A stretch of DNA of 49,747 nt from a virus. A model generated the notes under the pieces. That model ran no database searches. It worked only from the letters and a program-made list of their open reading frames with translations, and was not told where the DNA came from. Positions 1 through 8,657 of the stretch are shown here, piece after piece; position 1 is the first letter of the stretch, and each line of letters opens with the position of its first letter. The stretch lies in the IMG/VR virus record IMGVR_UViG_3300000032_000001; one strand, given 5' to 3'. The position numbers and the translations under genes are program-made.

Positions 1-141
1 CGTCGAACCCGTCGAACCCGTCGAAAATTCTATAAACCCGTCGAAGCCCTATATTGTTGAGGAAACCCGTCGAACCCGTCGAAAATTCTATAAACCCGTC
101 GAAGCCCTATATTGTTGAGGAAACCCGTCGAACCCGTCTAA
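1..141. repeat. Iteron array: tandem ~58-bp units carrying the 9-mer CCCGTCGAA; continuation of the origin region at the window end
   Basis: CCCGTCGAA occurs at 8, 17, 37, 66, 75, 95 and 124, with variant CCCGTCTAA at 133. The unit at 63..120 repeats 5..62. It lies directly upstream of the primase-helicase gene end. Confidence 0.75.
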
Positions 142-2528
142 CTTTTTTCAGTTAAAAACTCTTCTGTCTCCATAATCCTTTTAATGCCCTTCCACTGTCT
201 TGAGATCCCTCTATATTCAGTAACTTCAGGGTAAATAATTTTCATCTTCGCATTAAAATTGACCTGGTTCACCGGATAACAGCCCCAGTTTAAGCATTTA
301 CCTCGATAGGTATCATATAATTCCTGTTTTCCAACTTTCTCATTAGGATTAAGCTCACAACATTCCTTCAAGAACTGATATACGCTGTCACTCTTTTCCC
401 GGTATTCTTTCGCCATTTTCTTGATTTCCTCAAGCTCTGAAAAGCCGTCCTGCGCCCGGAGGCGCTGCAGCCCTGCAATCGCTTTTAATAACAGACCGGA
501 AAGCTCCTCCGGGAGAAACAAGCGCTGCCGGAGTTCTCTGTCGGTAAACTTATTGGGAAAGGGTATTATTACCCAGCGCCGGTGAAATCCTTCCGAATTA
601 TCCTTTGAGGAAGACAACTCATTGGCGCTGAATATAAGTTTAGCCCGGTTGCAGAAATTGAACGGTGTCTTATGCTTACGCTCTGCCTGTATACGGTCCC
701 CCGAGGTAAGCTCTTTAAACAGTGATGTGTCTTCAATTAACTTGTTAGGTATATCAGCATGTAGGTTTACCATCTTTCCGAACAGTTCGGCAGCTGAAAA
801 TCTATTCTCTGCCAGTGATTGCAGGGCCACGTTAGAGACATTTTCCGGGCCAAAAAAGGCCTGCATGACAGCTATAAGCGTACCTTTGCCGTTTCCCCCG
901 TCTCCGTGAAAGAGAAAGGACTTTTCATATTTCATGGTCGGGATTAAGCAGTATCCCAGCATCTCTTCAATAATACTGACGCTTTCGGGAGCGACAAAGT
1001 TCAGGAAAGTATCAATCGCCGGGCATTTTGCGTCAGGATTGTATTCCACAGGCAGCCGCACAATCGTCCGGAGATCGCTCGTATGAGGCAACAGTTCAAA
1101 GGTTTCCAGGTCAAGCAGCCCGTTTATGAGGTTTAAATACAGGTTTGTATCTGTCGCCTCATCCGTGGCCAGCTCCTGGACCGTGTTTTTTATATAGTTT
1201 AGGGCCTCCGTTATCCGGTTTGTCTGGAATTCTGACTTTAGAATGGCCGTAGCTTTTTCCCTGAATATCCGTTCTCCGTAGATGTAACGCCCGTTCTCAT
1301 AGACGTATAGATCATCCTGCAACACCACAGCTTCATGCTGGGATAGAAACCACTCGCCCATGTACATTGGTATGAAGCGTTTCTTCTCAAAAAACAGTTT
1401 TAACGGGCTGACTTCTTTCCCCTGGAAGTCCTCTTCATAAGCCGCCAGGCGCTCTGTGTGCCTTGTCTCCTGGACCCGCTCATCAGCCCGGCAGAACTCC
1501 AGCATAGCAGTATATGACGGCAGCCTGGTTACCGGCGTCCCCGGCTCAGCCGCATCGTCCAAGTCGCCAAATTTATGCAGCCGGACAAGGTCGAAGGCGT
1601 TGACCAGCCTGCCGCTTATCGGGTCCGTTCCATGGTGTGAGTAAGCGAACGTGTCGCTGTCGTAGACCACCAGGCCCCCCGTAGTGGTACCGGGCAGGTA
1701 TGTATACCGCCCTTCCCCGCTTGAGGCGTAAATGCCCTCCAGGAAGGTCTCTAAAGCAGCCGATATAGTATAAGTACGGCAGAAGGCGCCCACCATGCCC
1801 GGCTTCTCCAGCGGGTCTCCCTGCTTGTCCGCAAGCTTTTTCCTGTCCGCTTTAACCCGGGAGGATTCCGGCCAGTATGACGGGTCCCGCCAGTCCGGAT
1901 ACCTGGCCAGGACCTCGTCGGGATCTAGCCAAGGCTCGTCCAAGTATTTGAAAAAGAATCCCCCATCCAAGGACGTAGACGGCCAGTACATCAGCCTGTG
2001 AGGCTGGTATGTGGTATCGTCGAAGAAGTCTATCCCTAAATCTGCGGCTATCCGCCGGGCCACTGCCGGGTATTCGTCCGGAGTGACTGGACGCAGTAAA
2101 GGGAATACCAGGCGCAGCCGCGGGTTTTGCGGGTTGTGCTTGTGTGTGGAGTAAACGACACAGGCGTAACCGAACATAATTTCCACGGCTGCCCAGAAAT
2201 CACCCTGGACGTAATCAGCATCCAGGGTAATGACCTGGCGCCAGACAACAGCTTCGGTCTTCCGCCGGCCGCCCTTCAGTGTTCCGCCGACAAAGCCTCC
2301 TGTGTCTTTCCGCTCATCCTGCTGGGCCTTGGTCATTTTCCGGTACTCGTCATATGTCTCCTGGGTTCGTGTGGTCTGGCTTAACCGGGAGACCAGCTCA
2401 GACCAGAGCATCTCCCGGTTCTTCCAGTTAGTTTCTTTCCGGCTGCGGCCTATGGCGATAGTGACAGTACCGTCGTGTTTTAATTTTCGTTTGATTGTGG
2501 TATCTGGGGTTTTCGGATCTTGCTTCAT
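138..2528 (-). CDS. DNA primase / SF3 helicase, P4/D5 family
   Basis: 796 aa. Walker A motif FHGDGGNGKGT. N-terminal primase-polymerase-like region (LDADYV, VYSTHKH). Adjacent to the iterons. Confidence 0.85.
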   Translation of the reverse strand: MKQDPKTPDTTIKRKLKHDGTVTIAIGRSRKETNWKNREMLWSELVSRLSQTTRTQETYDEYRKMTKAQQDERKDTGGFVGGTLKGGRRKTEAVVWRQVITLDADYVQGDFWAAVEIMFGYACVVYSTHKHNPQNPRLRLVFPLLRPVTPDEYPAVARRIAADLGIDFFDDTTYQPHRLMYWPSTSLDGGFFFKYLDEPWLDPDEVLARYPDWRDPSYWPESSRVKADRKKLADKQGDPLEKPGMVGAFCRTYTISAALETFLEGIYASSGEGRYTYLPGTTTGGLVVYDSDTFAYSHHGTDPISGRLVNAFDLVRLHKFGDLDDAAEPGTPVTRLPSYTAMLEFCRADERVQETRHTERLAAYEEDFQGKEVSPLKLFFEKKRFIPMYMGEWFLSQHEAVVLQDDLYVYENGRYIYGERIFREKATAILKSEFQTNRITEALNYIKNTVQELATDEATDTNLYLNLINGLLDLETFELLPHTSDLRTIVRLPVEYNPDAKCPAIDTFLNFVAPESVSIIEEMLGYCLIPTMKYEKSFLFHGDGGNGKGTLIAVMQAFFGPENVSNVALQSLAENRFSAAELFGKMVNLHADIPNKLIEDTSLFKELTSGDRIQAERKHKTPFNFCNRAKLIFSANELSSSKDNSEGFHRRWVIIPFPNKFTDRELRQRLFLPEELSGLLLKAIAGLQRLRAQDGFSELEEIKKMAKEYREKSDSVYQFLKECCELNPNEKVGKQELYDTYRGKCLNWGCYPVNQVNFNAKMKIIYPEVTEYRGISRQWKGIKRIMETEEFLTEKS

Positions 2529-2531
2529 TTC

Positions 2532-4139
2532 TTATACCGCCTCTTGCACTAATTCGGTATCCTCAATCTTCAGGTCACCTGTTTTTATCTGCAGGCCTGC
2601 GCCTTTTGCCCAGGCAAGGATTTCACTGTTCAGCTTGGGATCGTTTGCAGCAGGCTTGTTCTTATCAATCTTGGCCTGCACAAGTTTCCTTCCCTGTACT
2701 TCCAGGCAGGCTGACAGCTTCCCCTTATCGTCGGCTACGAGGACAACCCAGGAGGAATTATCCTTCATAGCCTTGCCGTATGAGGCTACACAGTTATGCA
2801 GCGTCATACCGGCTTCCAGCAGTTCCATTGACTCTTTGGGCATGAAGAACTTCAGCCGGTCCGTTTGCATAGACAGCCGCCTGATAATTGGTTCCGGGAC
2901 TTCGAATTTCAGGTTCTTATGTTCCTGTCTCCGGTGCCTTATAACCATCCAGTCATGCAGATCTTTAATCCTGACCTGTTCAGTTTTAATTGCTTCCCTG
3001 TTCTCGGGGTTAAGCTGGTTATAGAGGCTGAAGCAGTCCCAGAGGCGTAGGTGTATCGCGTCTTCTACCATGTGGACGATTCCGGCTTCACCATACAGAG
3101 AGCGCATTTTTTCCAGGAACTTGAATTGCTCTGTCTTGAGCTGGTACCCATTCCCCAGTTCCTTCAGCCTGGCGAACATCCTGACGGCGTAGTCATAGTT
3201 CTGGCATAACTCAAAGGCCTTCTTTAGCAGGACAACGTCAAAAGGGTCTCCGTTCAGTATTTTTCTTATGGCCGGCTTATCCGGCAGGGAGCGGACTTCT
3301 GCAAGAGCTGTAACGAAAGCTTTCTTTGACTTCTTGGCCAGGGTGATAGCCTCATCCATAAAGCTGTGGTCTTCAATCAATCTGGCTTTCCAGAAAAAAC
3401 CGATAGTAGCCTGGTCGTTACGGTATATGGCCGGCAGATTTGGAGCGTCGGGAAGCATGACACGGTACGCCATATTCATGATCGGCAGCAGGAACATGCC
3501 ATAATATGAACCGGGGCTGACGTACATTGAAGGTATTTTATAGCCCAGCTGCTTTTCCAGCCTCTCATGAACGCTCTCCCGGAGAGTCTTCAGCAGCTCG
3601 TTAAACTTCATCCTCTCACCCTGCTTAATCAGGCTGTAAGGTATGAAGAATTTCAGGATACTCTTACTTAGGAATTCCAGTTTGAACGGATTGCCGATTT
3701 CCAGAGTTTCCACTTTACAGTCTTCATTGTAGCGGGTGAACGTCGTAGTACGTTTGGCCAGATTAAAACGGAATCTCTCCTTATACTTTCCTCCGTACAC
3801 TCTCAGCAAATCCCGGAACTGCACAATGCTGCTGTTGATTTCCAGGATGACTATACTCTTATACGTCTTGACGCTTAGTCGGATTTTATTCGGCGCCTGC
3901 ACGTTACGGCCTATGGCTATTGCATTATCGGCGTGCCTCATCCCGCAATAAGGGCAGTGGAAATGCCTGCCCTTCTCATAATGCGTAGCTCCCGGAGCTT
4001 TACCCCAGGCTGAGGTAAAAGCCTGGCCGCAGGACTCACAATAATATTGAAAGTGGTGCAGACCGTTTTCCAAGTAGCCCAGGTCTTCAGCGTAGGCTGT
4101 GAACATTTGCGGAATAACAACCTCAGCGGTTTTTTGCAT
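2532..4139 (-). CDS. PcfJ-like protein with N-terminal zinc ribbon
   Basis: 535 aa. CESCG...HCPYCG zinc-ribbon pattern. The C-terminal LHNCVASYGKAMKDNSSWVVLV...LEVQGRKLVQAK resembles the PcfJ-like domain signature as I recall it. Confidence 0.45.
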   Translation of the reverse strand: MQKTAEVVIPQMFTAYAEDLGYLENGLHHFQYYCESCGQAFTSAWGKAPGATHYEKGRHFHCPYCGMRHADNAIAIGRNVQAPNKIRLSVKTYKSIVILEINSSIVQFRDLLRVYGGKYKERFRFNLAKRTTTFTRYNEDCKVETLEIGNPFKLEFLSKSILKFFIPYSLIKQGERMKFNELLKTLRESVHERLEKQLGYKIPSMYVSPGSYYGMFLLPIMNMAYRVMLPDAPNLPAIYRNDQATIGFFWKARLIEDHSFMDEAITLAKKSKKAFVTALAEVRSLPDKPAIRKILNGDPFDVVLLKKAFELCQNYDYAVRMFARLKELGNGYQLKTEQFKFLEKMRSLYGEAGIVHMVEDAIHLRLWDCFSLYNQLNPENREAIKTEQVRIKDLHDWMVIRHRRQEHKNLKFEVPEPIIRRLSMQTDRLKFFMPKESMELLEAGMTLHNCVASYGKAMKDNSSWVVLVADDKGKLSACLEVQGRKLVQAKIDKNKPAANDPKLNSEILAWAKGAGLQIKTGDLKIEDTELVQEAV

Positions 4140-4153
4140 TTTGGCTTTCCTCC

Positions 4154-4507
4154 TTAGTCAAGGAAGTCGAAGTTCTCTTCTTCGCTCTTAGGCTCTTCAG
4201 CCGGCGGGTCTTCTTTCTTAGTCCTTGTCCTCTTCGGCTTTTCTTTTGGCTCTTCGGGAGTAACCGTCTCCTCGGCAGGTCTATTTTCTACCGGTGCGGT
4301 ATCAACTTTCTTGTAATGCTCGGCCAGGGTCTTCGCGGTTGTAACGGCCTGTTTCATACCGGTAACGTAGCCTTTGAGGGCCTCTATATCGTTTGGATTA
4401 ACCGAATGCGTCTGCTCCTGCTTCTCGTTATATTTGATCAGGTCTTCAAGCTCTTTTAAGGGTTTAAGTTGTTGATTCATGAAGTTTATTACTTGATTGA
4501 GATCCAT
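4154..4507 (-). CDS. Hypothetical protein, highly charged C-terminus
   Basis: 117-aa ORF in the operon orientation. A GGAGG-like RBS (aggaggtaatcggtaaca) precedes the ATG. Confidence 0.55.
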   Translation of the reverse strand: MDLNQVINFMNQQLKPLKELEDLIKYNEKQEQTHSVNPNDIEALKGYVTGMKQAVTTAKTLAEHYKKVDTAPVENRPAEETVTPEEPKEKPKRTRTKKEDPPAEEPKSEEENFDFLD

Positions 4508-4683
4508 TGTTACCGATTACCTCCTATGTATTCAATTTCTTAGCCGCTTCGACGGCTTCAGGGTCTTTTAATATCTCCTCTGTCGGTCTGTCCCAGTTAA
4601 CCTTTTGCCGCGTGGTCGAGAAAAGCTTTTAACCGCTTTTGCGCATGTTTGACCATTTTCCACCTATTATGAGCCCTGATTTT

Positions 4684-5016
4684 TCATGCGAAAGGGTATA
4701 AACCAGGCAGGAGGTCACTGTTATAGCCGTAAACTCTATGGATCATTACACCAGGATATTTTTCATTCCGGTAGACCTCGACGGTTATTGGGTTATCTTT
4801 TCTGATCTTTAGTTCTCCGGTACCTTTTACCCAGCCTTTGGCCGCTTTCTTCTCGTCTTCAGCTGATATGTAGGCTTGCAGATCAGAGATGCTTTCTTCA
4901 AGGATATAGTTACCATCCAGTCCTTTATTCAGGTTGGTTAAGTCATTAAGAATCTGTTCCAATGTCTTTTGAGACATGTTACTGCGCTCCTTTCTTTTTA
5001 ACTCTTTTTCGCTCAC
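4684..5016 (-). CDS. Hypothetical protein
   Basis: 110-aa ORF, co-oriented, with a short overlap with the upstream HNH gene. Confidence 0.5.
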   Translation of the reverse strand: MSEKELKRKERSNMSQKTLEQILNDLTNLNKGLDGNYILEESISDLQAYISAEDEKKAAKGWVKGTGELKIRKDNPITVEVYRNEKYPGVMIHRVYGYNSDLLPGLYPFA

Positions 5017-5605
5017 CTATCTTGTTATAAACGTCTGCGATAAGGACGCCTGTTTTTGTCAGTTCAGCATCATCTTTAATTAAGCCGAATTGGTTCAGTC
5101 TTACCAGCTGTTTCCGGGATACACAGATAAGGTTTTTAAGGTCAAAGTTCCGGTTATTACGGTCTCCGAATATAACTATATGACCGTCAGGCACCGGCCC
5201 GTTTGCAGCTTCCCAGATTAGAATGTGCTTGCCTTTCCATTTGTTCGGGTCTGCGACCTTGATATCGGCATAGCCATCACCGTTTACCCGTTCAGTGCCG
5301 ACAGGTTTGTAATTTCCGGGTATGTGGCCTTTCTTGAATTGCGTTGGTTCCCAGCCGCCAGTACCCTTTAAACCTTTATTCCATGGAATTAATCCTTTTT
5401 TAAACTGGGTCGGCTCATGCCCTTTATTAAGCCGGGAATCTATCCCGTTATGCAGACCGTGTTTGTTGGTAAGATTTACCATGGCTGAAACGCTTATCGA
5501 CATTCTGAACCGCTCATTAAACTTGGCTGTCAAGGCTTTAAAAGGACATCCGGAAATGTTGGCTGCTAGAAAATCGATATGCTCTTGGGTGTATTTACGG
5601 TTCAT
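4979..5605 (-). CDS. HNH homing endonuclease (free-standing)
   Basis: 208 aa. Duplicated GxEPTQFKKGxIPxNKG motif and C-terminal GHIVIFGDRNNRNFDLKNLICVS, typical of the HNH_3 type. Confidence 0.7.
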   Translation of the reverse strand: MNRKYTQEHIDFLAANISGCPFKALTAKFNERFRMSISVSAMVNLTNKHGLHNGIDSRLNKGHEPTQFKKGLIPWNKGLKGTGGWEPTQFKKGHIPGNYKPVGTERVNGDGYADIKVADPNKWKGKHILIWEAANGPVPDGHIVIFGDRNNRNFDLKNLICVSRKQLVRLNQFGLIKDDAELTKTGVLIADVYNKIGERKRVKKKGAQ

Positions 5606-5606
5606 C

Positions 5607-5873
5607 TTACTCCCTCAAAAAATCGGCTTTGAGCATTGGCGGTATCTTCTTTTTGCTTTTGTCGCTCTCGTCATCATCAACGCCGTATTCAAGCTGGATC
5701 TGTCTTCCCTTCAGTACCAGGGTACCGTTAGCAATAATCTGCGAAGCAAGACCTGTAACCGCCTTAGCCCTCAGTATCTCTTCTTTTAACTTATCGCCAT
5801 TCAGCTCTTCATCGCCCAGGCGTTCCAGCTGGGCGAAAAGGTGATTATTTAAGTCACCGAGCGTGTTCTGCAT
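5607..5873 (-). CDS. Hypothetical protein
   Basis: 88-aa co-oriented ORF. Confidence 0.5.
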   Translation of the reverse strand: MQNTLGDLNNHLFAQLERLGDEELNGDKLKEEILRAKAVTGLASQIIANGTLVLKGRQIQLEYGVDDDESDKSKKKIPPMLKADFLRE

Positions 5874-6364
5874 TTTTGTTCAAAACCTCCTTTCAACAGT
5901 CTTTTCCAGTAATCAAGTTCAATGAGTGGTAGCCTCTCAAGCAGCAGTAGTTGATACCGGGGCAGTTCGTATAAAACTATTGTTCCTGTCTGCAGCTGGT
6001 CTTCATGCTTTCTATAAATCAATTCCAGCATAGGTATTCCGGCTTCTTTCTCTTTAATGCTCATAGACCGAACAAACTGTCTGGGATTAAGAAGCTTATC
6101 TAATTTTTCCAGGCGCTCATAGTCCGTAGCTATTATCTTTCCTGATATTTTGAGCGCTACGGGCCTTCCAATAATACGTCTGTTCTTTTCGAGTTCTTTT
6201 TCCAATTCTTCGCAGGTATATTTAGCTGCTGCAGTTTTTCGTTTGAGTAGGTTTTGCAATTTAGCATTTATTGATCTTCTATTAGCTGTGAGTATCTTAT
6301 TAGCTTTGTATTTTGCCGCTTTTATTACTTCGTTTTCTTCCTCAGTAAGCTTTCGAAGGTACAT
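5849..6364 (-). CDS. Hypothetical protein
   Basis: 171-aa co-oriented ORF with a coiled-coil-like N-terminus. Confidence 0.55.
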   Translation of the reverse strand: MYLRKLTEEENEVIKAAKYKANKILTANRRSINAKLQNLLKRKTAAAKYTCEELEKELEKNRRIIGRPVALKISGKIIATDYERLEKLDKLLNPRQFVRSMSIKEKEAGIPMLELIYRKHEDQLQTGTIVLYELPRYQLLLLERLPLIELDYWKRLLKGGFEQKCRTRSVT

Positions 6365-6367
6365 TAA

Positions 6368-6676
6368 TTACCCTTCTTTCATCAATTCTTTTATTGTCAC
6401 CCCAACTATTCCAGGGCTTTCATCGCTATCGGTTGCTCTGAAGTGCGCCTTCGGGTGCTGGGGATACATAAATTCAATCATGCAAAAATTGGCCGCATCA
6501 ACGAGAAATTCTGTATTCCCTGTCCTCTTGTACGCCTCCAATCTTTTCTCCAGACTGGCTACCATATCCACCATTCCCGGCTTGCAATTTTCTTTCAAGG
6601 AGCCGTATTTGTGATAACTGGTACGCATTCTATTCCGGCGCAGTCTATCAAATTCTTCACTGTATTCAGCTTCCAT
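6368..6676 (-). CDS. Hypothetical protein (possibly MazG-like nucleotide pyrophosphohydrolase fold)
   Basis: 102-aa ORF. Only a weak resemblance (KYGSL...LEKRL...FLVDAANFCMIEF) to small phage NTP-PPase-like proteins. Confidence 0.4.
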   Translation of the reverse strand: MEAEYSEEFDRLRRNRMRTSYHKYGSLKENCKPGMVDMVASLEKRLEAYKRTGNTEFLVDAANFCMIEFMYPQHPKAHFRATDSDESPGIVGVTIKELMKEG

Positions 6677-6681
6677 TCGTC

Positions 6682-7731
6682 TTAGCCTTTCATATAATAA
6701 GAAGTCTCAAATCCGTCTGCCTTCATAGGCAGCCCGGGAGCCCAGTCAAGAGGACACCCCATAACCTCGTTAACTGTTTTTAAATCACCCTGGCCGGCCG
6801 GGACTTCCAGGACTGCTTCGTCGTGCACATGGAAAACTATCTTATAACCATAACCGGCAAGCCTCAGCAGTGCTTCGGCCAGACAATCACGGGCTGTTGC
6901 TTGCACAATATTTTCGACGAGCCGGCCGGAATATGTCCTCAAGCGGCCCCATTTGCCTTTTTCGTACCCCTCATATGTCAGGCCCAACTTGTCAAACCGC
7001 CGGTCAATTTCCATTCTTGGTCGGACAAAAGCAAGGCGCCGTCCGGAAGGAAGGCGGATGAATAGTACTCCCGGCTCATAAATAAAGGCCAGGCCGTATT
7101 GAAGCACTACTGTAGCTTTTTCTGTGACAGCTTTTATAGCAGCGCTCTCCACGTCATGCCAGAACCTTACGATATTTTGATTAGCTTGCCGCCAGGCCTT
7201 TACCAGGTCAGGCAACTCTTCTTCAGCCAGGCCCATTTTTAAAGCGCCCATGGAGATAAGCGCCCCCGCTCCGCCGGCATAGCCAAGCGCCAATTCTGCG
7301 ATCTTTCCTTTCTGCCGGAGCGGATTTCCCTTTGTTATGCTTTCCACCGGTACCCTGAACATTTGAGCAGCTGAGGCTTCGTATATTTTTCCGTGGGTAT
7401 TGAACACGTCCATCCGCCACTTCTCCCCGGCCAGCCAGGCTATTACTCTGGCCTCAATGGCGCTGAAGTCCGTTACAATAAACCTGCAGCCCTCGGAAGG
7501 TATGAAAGCAGTCCGTATGAGTTGGGAAAGCGTGTCTGGCGTGTCACCGAACAGCAGTTCTAAGCTTTCGTAATCGCCATTAAGCAAGAACTGCCGGGCA
7601 AGGTCGAGGTCGGGTAAATGGTTTTGAGGAAGATTGTGGATTTGCACTAACCTTCCTGAATTTGAGACTATTCTACCGTTTACCATGAACCTGTTCTTTG
7701 GCCCGGCATTGAGAATATCATAGGTTCTCAT
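6682..7731 (-). CDS. Family A DNA polymerase, C-terminal half, preceded by a 24-aa C-intein
   Basis: Motif A DFSAIEARVIAW, motif B RQKGKIAELALGYAGG, motif C HVHDEAVLEV. The N-terminus MRTYDILNAGPKNRFMVNGRIVSN followed by S matches intein blocks F/G. Confidence 0.85.
   Translation of the reverse strand: MRTYDILNAGPKNRFMVNGRIVSNSGRLVQIHNLPQNHLPDLDLARQFLLNGDYESLELLFGDTPDTLSQLIRTAFIPSEGCRFIVTDFSAIEARVIAWLAGEKWRMDVFNTHGKIYEASAAQMFRVPVESITKGNPLRQKGKIAELALGYAGGAGALISMGALKMGLAEEELPDLVKAWRQANQNIVRFWHDVESAAIKAVTEKATVVLQYGLAFIYEPGVLFIRLPSGRRLAFVRPRMEIDRRFDKLGLTYEGYEKGKWGRLRTYSGRLVENIVQATARDCLAEALLRLAGYGYKIVFHVHDEAVLEVPAGQGDLKTVNEVMGCPLDWAPGLPMKADGFETSYYMKG
7660..7731 (-). other. Split-intein C-fragment (IntC, 24 aa) ending VSN with +1 Ser
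   Basis: TYDILNAGPKNRFMVNGRIVSN aligns with the DnaE IntC VYDIGVERDHNFALKNGFIASN. An in-frame TGA at 7747..7749 prevents a longer IntC. Confidence 0.7.
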
Positions 7732-8657
7732 TTCCCTTTTTTCCTTTCAAGAGTGCGTTTTAATGTGGCTTTACGTTGCTCTATGTAGGCCTTATATTGT
7801 TCTGGATCTTTTCTAAGGTCCTCCCAGAAGCTCTTTAAACCTCTGCTTGCCGCCGGACCTTGCTTTTTGCGATCAACTGCCTTTCTCGCATCAGCAGTTA
7901 TTCTCGCTCTTTCTTCTGGGTCTTGTATACTCTCCCAGCGTGTTTTTGCTTTGCCTGATATTTTTGTAGCTATCTCTTCTTTTTGCGCTTTTGTTCTACG
8001 CTCCCATAGAGCAAAAGCGTTTTCTCTTGTTTTAACTGATCTTTTATGCTTCCATAGAAGCTTCTCTTTTAAAAGGCGCGTGTCTTCTTCCTTTTTGGCT
8101 CCGATTCTAGCCTTAGCTTTAGTTTTATTAGCTATTCTTAAAGCTCGTCGTGATGCTTTATATGCCTCTCTCGGATTATCCTTACGCCACTGTGCTGCTT
8201 TCTGAGATAGGGCTTCATAGTCCGACCAATCACTAGCGCGTTTAATGTCTGATAACTTTTTTACGTATTGTTCCTTCAGCCCAGGATTTGCAGCCATTTT
8301 ATCCCAAAATATTCTACCTCCTGCTTCGCCGTCAGCCTCTCCTCCTGGTGAGATGTTATACGACAACTCAAGGGGCTGCTGGGCTATATAGAACCGTTCT
8401 AGTTTTTGTGCCGCCGGTTTATTAGGAGCCGTATCAAGCAATTCAACCTTAAAACTATTAGGGCCGTATTTACGAATAGCGTTATAAAACGGATGGTTGC
8501 GGTCCTCGTCGAAGGCCCTTCTCTTATGCTGCCTCCAACGCTCTTGGATGCTTGATTTAGTAAGGCCGATATAACTCTTTTCAGAAGGTGAAGTAATTTT
8601 ATATATCCCGTACATTATCGCCGCACCATAGTTTCCTTTCATGTTTTCTTGCGTCAC
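7728..8657 (-). CDS. GIY-YIG homing endonuclease located between the two polymerase/intein halves
   Basis: MYGIYKITSPSEKSYIGLTKSSIQERWRQHKRR...NAIRKYG. The C-terminus is Lys/Arg-rich. Its stop overlaps the IntC start as ATGA. The true start may be ATG at 8615 or 8642. Confidence 0.8.
   Translation of the reverse strand: MTQENMKGNYGAAIMYGIYKITSPSEKSYIGLTKSSIQERWRQHKRRAFDEDRNHPFYNAIRKYGPNSFKVELLDTAPNKPAAQKLERFYIAQQPLELSYNISPGGEADGEAGGRIFWDKMAANPGLKEQYVKKLSDIKRASDWSDYEALSQKAAQWRKDNPREAYKASRRALRIANKTKAKARIGAKKEEDTRLLKEKLLWKHKRSVKTRENAFALWERRTKAQKEEIATKISGKAKTRWESIQDPEERARITADARKAVDRKKQGPAASRGLKSFWEDLRKDPEQYKAYIEQRKATLKRTLERKKGK

Noticed and set aside
2230-3024. A 264-aa plus-strand ORF, and many other plus-strand ORFs of 60-220 aa (for example 622..909, 6150..6614, 32623..33138, 38646..39305, 43945..44496).
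   Set aside because: All lie antisense inside long minus-strand genes with clear family motifs. Their sequences are low-complexity Ser/Leu/Pro-rich and they lack RBSs. They are shadow ORFs.
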